Below the pieces are notes generated by a model. It searched no databases, was not told where the DNA came from, and saw only the letters and a program-made list of their open reading frames with translations. Positions 28,892 through 64,000 of a stretch of 64,000 nt of DNA are shown here, piece after piece. This DNA comes from Amoebidium appalachense (Eukaryota > Protista > Ichthyosporea). The position numbers were made by a program, and so were the translations under genes. Every line of letters begins with the position of its first letter. Position 1 is the first letter of the stretch. The stretch lies in contig CAVNZM010000009.1 of assembly GCA_963693365.1 (NCBI GenBank), positions 10,110,243-10,174,242 of the forward strand, given 5' to 3'.

Positions 28892-28994
28892 ACACACAGA
28901 GTGCACCGGAGGCACTTTAAAATTTTTTGACTACTGACGGTGTCTTGACTGTGCACACTCTCTCCCTCCCTCCCTCCCTCTCCCTCCCTCCCTC

Positions 28995-29142
<148 letters not shown>

Positions 29143-30359
29143 TCTCTCCCCCCTTTTGTGTATATCATATATCACCAGACACACGTGTATATACACACAC
29201 ACACTGCACTGCACAGTTGGTTTCATGCCTGTATGCCTCATATTTGAGAATGCATCCCTAGGCCACACACCCTGCATAACGGTGTATGGTATATGTACAC
29301 ACACAGTACTACACAGCTGGCTTCGTGCCTGTATGTCTCAGATTTGACAATGCATCCCTCGGCCTTAAGTGCCCCATTCAGTTCTATTGGTGGATTCAAA
29401 TCTGCTGCTATGCCGACATTCCGGAATTTTCAATCTTTTACAAGTGTAAATCCAAGCACGTGCACTCGGCCTATGCTGCTGGCATAGGACCACCCACCTG
29501 CACGTCTTTTAGGGTTCGTACCGGCCCTGCATGTTTGAAACCACCGTTTTTGCGGTGCACTACACAACTTCTCTGCTTACAGCCTTGTAAAAGAAAAAAC
29601 CATCACCACATCATTCTAGTTGGCAGTACCAGTTCCGTGACAAATTAGCCTACGTTGTAATAGTGATTACAGTCACTCGACACACTAGAAAGGCGCGTGT
29701 GCCTAGCTAGTGGAGTGCCTTCAAACAACACTACTAATTAGTGACACCATTGTAGGTGCGCACAGGGCATGCACCCGGTGATAAATCAGCAAGTCGAAAC
29801 ATACGGCAATGCTGGCATTCGCTGGAGCGTGCCAGATACATCTCTGATCAGTCTTGATCATGATATGCAATCTCTGTGTACCATACATGCATTTTCAGCT
29901 ACTGAGAGAGGCACAAATAAACGTGTGTATAAAGTACATGTGTACTTGTGCATGTGGATGTATTTCCTCACGCGAATAGATGACACGATATCGAAAACAC
30001 ATGGAGAGCCGGAGCACGGTGGGTGCGCTCGCATATATTTATTACTGTAGACAAAGGATGTACAGTGCTTGTTGTCTTGTGGTTGTTTGGGCTTTAATAC
30101 AGCATCAGGTGCACAAATGTGCAAAAGTGAGCATGCCCGGGCCTTTCAAGTACACGTGCATCAATACCAAGAACGACTCTTTGACAATGTTATGTTTGAC
30201 AGGGAAAACTCGATATCCATTCATATTGGCAGGAAAGTACATCTATCCCGTTTGGCGTACAAATACTAGTGCAGTGCCACAATCAATACATCTTCATGAT
30301 CAGGTCGCACAGCTTTGGTTCATTGTCAACTTTCCACACCGGCCCTCCTACTACCATCA

Positions 30360-30409
<50 letters not shown>

Positions 30410-30604
30410 AAAAAATACCCCCACCCCCCCACCACACACAAGCATATTAGTAAGCAGTGGCTGCAAAGTCCAAGCGATACCTCGTGATTTCCTTCCCCAC
30501 CCTAACCACCTCAAAATCGCGAACTCAAATCCCCCCCCCCCCCCCCCCCCCCAATGTCTTCCTCTCTTCCACTAAACCTAGCCCCCCCCCCCCCTCCCGC
30601 TATC

Positions 30605-30640
<36 letters not shown>

Positions 30641-30650
30641 TCTCTGGGTT

Positions 30651-47098
<16,448 letters not shown>

Positions 47099-47598
47099 GG
47101 TAGCTGTCTGTGCAGTTTCGTCGATGTTTTCCGTGCGGGTGATCATGTATCCCAACGTTGAGCCAATCATACACCCATGCTCTTAGCCAGGAAAGAGGAA
47201 AAAAGTCAGTTATATTGCTGCAGAATGGACGACAAAGGATGGTGCAGTCAAAAATGCTCATTGAGGAGAAGACGGGAGGGTGAGGGAGGCCAAAGCAAAA
47301 AGATGAAACGAGCTAGGGAATGATGGTAGCGCAGGAGGCAGATGCTGAGGGGGGGGGGGGGGGGATTATCTGAAAAAACGGTCCAAAACGAGGTTCCTTT
47401 CAACCATCCATTCTGCTCTCTCCCTAGCCTCTGCTACCCTCGTTCAGCCCCCCCCCCCCCCTCCCCCCCCCCCCCCTCCCACCCCCTCCCCCTTCCCTCT
47501 TCCGCCTTGCAACAATGCACAGATGCTTTACCCCCCCCCTCCCCCCTCCCCCCCCTCTCCCCCCCCCCTCCAGGAAAAAAAAAAAAAAAAAAAAAGAA

Positions 47599-47629
<31 letters not shown>

Positions 47630-47992
47630 GAGAGAACCCACACACAGATAGACACAAAACAAACAATCCTAAAAATATACCTTGCACCTTTATATGGAAA
47701 ATCCAGTGCACGCCAGCCAACCCAATGCTCGCAAAAACATTTGCGACACCCTCTCAAATATAAACCCACCCACTCCATAGTAGTATGAGCACCTAACCAC
47801 TCAAGAGGTCGAATCGAAACACACGGCATATTGCCCTGCACGTATGCATACCTAGTTGTTCATGGACCCAAGGCATACGTGAGTGCGAGTTGTAGAAAAA
47901 CATTAACACTAAAACATTCAAGTTTTTTGCAGAAGCAAGTGGCGGCAGGGGCGTGCACAAGTCAACCCACCTAGGCCTCATGACTGAGGGAA

Positions 47993-48070
47993 TTTCGCGC
48001 CAAATTCTTTCCCTAACCCAATCAGAACGCTTGCAATCAAGCCATATTTAAAAATACGTGTTCCTATTGG
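47993..48070. promoter_or_regulatory. Candidate E2F-type site and CCAAT boxes upstream of the NSD-type gene
   Basis: TTTCGCGCCAAA at 47993-48004, CCAAT at 48018 and ATTGG at 48066, about 0.9 kb upstream of the ATG; motif match only. Confidence 0.3.
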
Positions 48071-48924
48071 CCAGATCCTTTTCGTGCCACGAACAAGTGT
48101 CGCAACCCCTGCACGTGTTGCACGTGCCACACTCAGAGACAGATGTCGTATTTTTGTCGTTAGACGCTACACAAGCGTATAAAGGCATGATGCATATTAC
48201 TGATTGATACACACAGGCAGGCAGAATAATGCACAATAACGTCAATCGGCGTGTAGAAATGTCCCCCCTGTTCAAGCATAGCAAAGGCGATAGCATTCCC
48301 AAAACTACGTACCCACCTTGATATGTGATGATGCACCTGAACGATGACACAAGGAACGAAGATACAAGGGTGTGTGAACATGGTTGCATGTGCATTGCAC
48401 AGCATTTAATAAAATAATGCCCAGTCTATGGGCAATACCAGTATACTAGTTGGATGTCGCATCCACCAACCCATTTACTCGCACCCGTCCGACTCTATTG
48501 GCTACTAGTACTACTAGTTGGGTGTGCAAGAGCTATGGCGTGCTCGTGTTGTGTTTTGCGCAAACAAATCATTTTCTTCGTGCCCTGCCAGCTACAAGTG
48601 CTGTTGCCCTTGGGAGTAATACTGGCCCATGCAGCGATGCATAATATGTGTACCCGTATTCCTTTACGTGTGTGTGTGTGTGTTCATGTGTGAATTATGC
48701 AGGTGTGGCACTGTGTGTGCAGCGGAAAATGCTGTGCTTGCCTATATCCATAGCACACACACAAGAGACACTGCGTAAACGGCACCTGAATAATACTGAA
48801 ATCAGAAGCTATACAGCAAACACACCAGTCTATCCCACCACCAACGACATAACCGCAACAATAACCACATGATCACAAACCAATCAAATCACCCCGCAGC
48901 GGCCGCGATTCCACCGCGCACCAA

Positions 48925-54395
<5,471 letters not shown>

Positions 54396-55407
54396 CTGTG
54401 TGGGTGAAAAAAAAACATCAGGACAGTCTTTTTGTGGGTAGCCATATGTGAAACACAAAGGTGTCTAGAAAAACAGTAGAGGTGAAAGAAAGCTATATCG
54501 ACGTGTTTTAAGTGGGCTAGAAAGATGCGAACGGGGGGGGGAAAGTGGAGGGCCCATCAACAATTTTTTAGTTCGAAAGTTGCAAGGATAAACTAGAGTA
54601 CTTTCAGAGTTTTTGTCAATATACAGTGAGTTGTTGCGATTGAAAACATACCCCGACCTCAACCATTCTCGCTTTTCGAGCTGGGCAGAAAAAGCAAAGC
54701 GACACAAAACAACTGGGGCATGCGACAGCATTTTTTCAGAGGGCCGTGGCGACAGCTGCTTTTATACTTTTTGAGTGGCTAGATTTTGGCGGGAACGCAA
54801 ATAAAATGAAGATAAGCCATATATAGTTATAAGTTATAAGAGATGAGTGGACTGACACAGCTCACACGACATGGTAAAAGCGGCAATTACAATGTGTACC
54901 AGTCTGAGAAATAGTACCAATCAAAGCGGATAACTAATTTATAATGTCCAGATCTGGTGACTTATGTCCTCATTATAAACCAAAAATCATGCACGTGATA
55001 ATGCGTCGAAGGTACGAGAAAAACGAAAAGCACGAAGCCCAAGGCCCCGTAAACAGAGTCACGGTGCGCTCAAGTTGTCTAGAAAAGAAGGGAAATGTTA
55101 TGTTTCTGTCACGCACAATGCAACAGAAAGAAGAAAATCCAAGTTGAAACATAACACCGTAGCCGATTCCAGGGAATTATTATACTTCAGGTGCCATGCT
55201 CGCGGTCCATCGTAGGACCGGTTGGATCCTGTCTGTGCCGGCCACGTACATGGCAGAACAAGATCTCGACTCGGAACGAGAAGTTTTTTGAGGATCCGAA
55301 GCAATTGACATTTGGCTCCGGGCGGTGGTGGTGGCGAAGGTGGTGGTGGTGGTGGTGGTGCACGAGGTGGAGTTGGAGGGGGGGGGAAGGGGGGAAGGGG
55401 GGGGGGG

Positions 55408-55560
55408 AGCGCTCGAGCGGGAGAGAGGCGACACAAAGACAAACACAGAGAGGGATAGGGCCAGAAAACGAGAGGGGGGCCGGGGGGGGGGGCTCGAGCG
55501 GGGGAGAGGCGACACACAGACACACACAGAGTTACAGAGAGAGGTATAGAGCCAGAAAAC

Positions 55561-55601
<41 letters not shown>

Positions 55602-55625
55602 GACGGCCGATCGCGAGAGAGAGAG
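55408..55625. repeat. Short direct repeats separated by G-runs
   Basis: GCTCGAGCGGG.GAGAGGCGACACA.AGACA.ACACAGAG...GCCAGAAAACGAG occurs twice, with a partial third copy. Confidence 0.7.
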
Positions 55626-55678
55626 GTTCTTCCTTGTGGCTGAGGGAGCTCGGTAGGGGGGGGGGGGGGGGGGGGGGG

Positions 55679-55710
<32 letters not shown>

Positions 55711-56221
55711 AGGGATGAGGGGAGGGGGGGGGGGGGGGAACAAAAGAGCTTCCGGCTGTATGGGCCCGGGGTGAAGCCCGGGGCCTAGATTGGGGAGGGT
55801 ACTCGGGGGGAGGGGCGGGGGGGGGGGGGGGGGGGGGGGGGGGGGAGAAGAGGGGGGGGGGTGGGGGGGGAGAGGGGGGGGGGGGGGGGGAGGGATTACG
55901 GATCCGACGGTGCGGAGAGAAAGTGAATGAGAGAGGAGTGAGGCGGAGCTACTTTTAAATGGAAGGGGATTGCGGGGAAGCAGACACCTGTCATACCTCA
56001 GCAGTGCATGTTGATGGCGTTCCCCAGGCCCGTACGTGTGCAACAGTGTTGTCTAATAAGTAAAAATGTGTGTGTGTAATAGTATGCAACCATCAGTAAG
56101 CAAAAGGGGCACGAGCTCAAGAGCATAGTAGGGGGGAGAGGGGGAGGGGGGGGACGCGGCGGGGGGGGGGGGGGGGGGGGGGGAGGGGGAGGGGGGGGGG
56201 GGGGGGGGGGAGGGGGGGAAG

Positions 56222-56311
56222 GGGACCTCACAAAGTAGTAATGCGTGTACATTGTTACCAACTTGCATCAGTGCATGAAAAAGTACCCAGAAAAATGGTG
56301 GTGGTGGTGGT

Positions 56312-56347
<36 letters not shown>

Positions 56348-57050
56348 CTCACACATTACATGTACATGCATCAGTGCATGAAAAAGTACCAAGAAGAGAA
56401 GAAAAAGGAGGGCCCAGGGGGGAGGGGTCTTCAAAAAAAGGGGGGGGGGGGGGGGGGGTCCTCATACATGTACATGTACATGCATCCGCGCAAGTTCGAA
56501 AAAGTACCCAGAAAAGAAAAGAAGAAAAAAAAAAGAAAGGGATAATTATAAAAGTTTGGGGGGGGGGGGGAAGGATGTGGGCCCGGGAGGTCCTCAAACA
56601 TGTACATGATACCTGCATCAGTGCTGCAAAAAAGTACACAGAAAAAAGACCCCCCCCAAAAAAGGAGAGAGAGAAAAGATATCATAATAATAATATTATT
56701 ATTTTAATAATAATAAGGTGGAGCTGGGGGAGGAGGGGAGGGGGGGGGGGGGGGGAGGGGGGGGAGGGGGGAGGGGGGAGGGCCCGGGGCCCCCCAGGGG
56801 GCGGGGAGCCTCCGGGGCCGGGAGGGTCCGGGGTCCCGGCAGTGCCACCGTGTACATTTATGCATGCCTCATCATCAGTGGATGAAAACGCACCCAGAAA
56901 AAAATAAGGAAAAAGGAAAGAACAAATATAAAAAAGGCCCAGGGAGGCCTAGGGGGGAGGGCTGGGGTGGGGATGGGGGTGTGTGCACGCGGGGATGTCC
57001 TCACATGTACACATGTACATCAGTGCATGAAAAAGTATGGGAAATAAAGA
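56222..57050. repeat. Degenerate array of six ~45 bp motifs with variable G/A-rich spacers
   Basis: CCTCA..TACATGTACATGCATCAGTGCATGAAAAAGTACCCAGAAAA variants near 56265, 56355, 56465, 56597, 56850 and 57003. Confidence 0.75.
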
Positions 57051-57723
57051 TGAAAACTTACGGAAGAAAGGGGGGGGGGGGGGGGGGGGGGGGGGGGACC
57101 ACCATGATCGCACACAGAACTCGGCAGACTAGGGCCAGCCGGGGGGGTGCTTTGTATTAAAACGAGCTTGCAATTGATCGATTCGTCATTGATAACACGA
57201 GATCTGATATATACGAAGCAGTAATAATCATAGACTCTTTGAAATGGATGATTGCACTGTGCACGCAATCGGTGCCAACACGACGTGCACCCCAAGGATA
57301 AGTTCACACATACAGATGTGGATTACCATACCTTTTGTTTATGTTCGGTTGCTACACGGCCGAGGATTTTACACGATAAGGCAACAACCAAGTCACACAC
57401 CATCCCCATTCATTCAATATCAATCGATCCACACTAAGCTGCTGTCAAAAAAACGGTGCACCTTAGAAATTTCAACTACTCTTCAATACCCGCCCATCGG
57501 CGCGGAAACAAAACCGGGGAAAAAAAAAAAAAAAAAAAAAAGGATACCTATATTCTGTTGTAATAGAATCTTATAGAAATGAAATTCGCTGCTCACACAA
57601 GCACATTCAGTATAAAAACACAATTCCACTCACACAATTGGCCGGTTTTCCTATAAAGATTCAATCCAATGCTACAGCCACCTCTCGATAACATCCTCCG
57701 CACCCCCCTTTCTTTTCAAACCC

Positions 57724-62726
<5,003 letters not shown>

Positions 62727-63227
62727 CTCCAGTAATGGAAGGGGCAAAAAAAAAAGAACGGTTTATGATGCAGCCTGCCAAGAAGCTCCTGATGTACAGG
62801 TAGGTAACGTAATGAATAAACACAGTATAATGATATTTAAGTCCTGAATGTGCCCGTTATACATAGACGTAAAGTAACGCGTCAGGTCGACTTTCTAAGT
62901 TCAAACATCGTCTCTTTTCCAAAAACAATTACAACTTGTTGCGCTACCCAGGTCACGGCCTCACGCTTTCTTGTTTTGACTGTTAAATCGGATGATTTTT
63001 GATGCGTATCCAGCCAACCAGCAACATTATTACCATAAAAGGAGCAATGTTGACGCATTTTTCTCCAATCAAATGGGTAATCCTTGCGTCATCAGAGCCG
63101 CAACATGTTGCCTGACAGACGGACACAGACCGACTGACAGTTTGTAGCTTGTTGTGGTTGTCATGTTTGCTTGTGATGTTTGCATTATATCACCTACGCC
63201 AACCCTGCAGTACGCAGTTAGGTCAAC

Positions 63228-64000
63228 ATGCAAATGTTATTGGAGCGAGACAATGCCATCAACAGGAGGCAACAGGAGGTGCTGCGTGCACAGCTGAAAA
63301 CATTGCGCACGCACCTTACAGAGAGCAGTGATGAGGATGTGGTTGCCCTATTTCGTAACCCCCTGCTGGCCTATGTGAAGATAACGGAGGACATGAGGGT
63401 AGGTGTAAGCGTGGGGATTGGTGATATTGTGTCAATGGGTGGGGACGGGCGAATGTGCGTGTGTGGTTGGAGGTGTTTATAGCTCTCGGGGGGGGGGGGG
63501 GGGGGGAGGGGGGGAGGGGGGGGGGGGGGGGGAGGGAGGGGGGAGGAATTCTAGCAAGAAAGATGGCCATGGCGGCAAGCCTTCGGCAAACAGCAGAAAA
63601 GGAGTCTGTGGAATGAATAAATGGTGATAAGTTAATAAAAGATGGTACAAAAACGCAGTAGAAGGCGAGGTTGGTGCTAATGGTGATGCTCAACCTCTTG
63701 GGGTTATTGGGGCAGTATTTTAGCACAGACAAGCGAGGGTTCTCCTTTCAACTCACCCATGCATTAGACCAAATACAGGAAAGAAAACTTGCACGTCTCT
63801 GACAATTGTTACCCCGCTCTTCCCACAGATTCTCCCAGCCACGCTTGTCCTCACCGCCCTCCACGACAAAGACTGGAGTGTGGATGAGCTCCTGGCCTGT
63901 TCGGGTCTTTTTGAGCAGAATGGATACACACGTGTTCTGCACGTGGCTAGGATGAAAGCCACACACTATGCCGAGTATAAGATGGGGGATGTTTTTCCAG
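63228..64000 (+). CDS. Hypothetical protein, 5' part (continues past the window)
   Basis: Exon 63228-63398 (57 codons, donor GTAGGT) and exon from 63829 (acceptor TTCCCACAG) join in phase 0: ...KITEDMR|ILPATLVLTALHDKDWSVDELLACSGLFEQNG; open to the window end. Confidence 0.6.

Noticed and set aside
55180-55330. Possible plus-strand exon after TTCAG at about 55190
   Set aside because: No recognisable motif, no convincing donor and no partner exons.

Overview
Eukaryotic nuclear DNA: intron-rich GT-AG genes whose introns are packed with poly-G/poly-C, (CA)n/(TG)n and (GA)n tracts. The organism cannot be determined here; a unicellular opisthokont/protist is my guess. Most ORFs in the supplied track are microsatellite read-through. 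Hand splicing gives about seven genes: a 3xAP2 + AT-hook protein (-), a TTLL12-type N-terminal domain fused to a non-TTL ATP-grasp domain (-), a protein with a degenerate HNH_3-like motif (+), an NSD-type histone H3K36 methyltransferase that appears to end in a GATA zinc finger (-), NADH-cytochrome b5 reductase (-), a C2H2 zinc-finger protein (-) and a partial unknown gene (+). Mobile DNA includes two LINE 3' remnants, a TTAA-flanked piggyBac-type MITE and other TIR elements. The most striking signal is a dispersed family with 7 copies in at least 3 subfamilies. All copies share one fixed end abutting a G-run (a poly-C tail on the minus strand) and are variably truncated at the other end; one copy has a clear target-site duplication. 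The longer copies carry a covarying RNA structure with a kink-turn and a predicted pseudoknot. Homopolymer lengths and a few single-base frameshifts look like long-read errors. All exon models and RNA folds were derived by eye.
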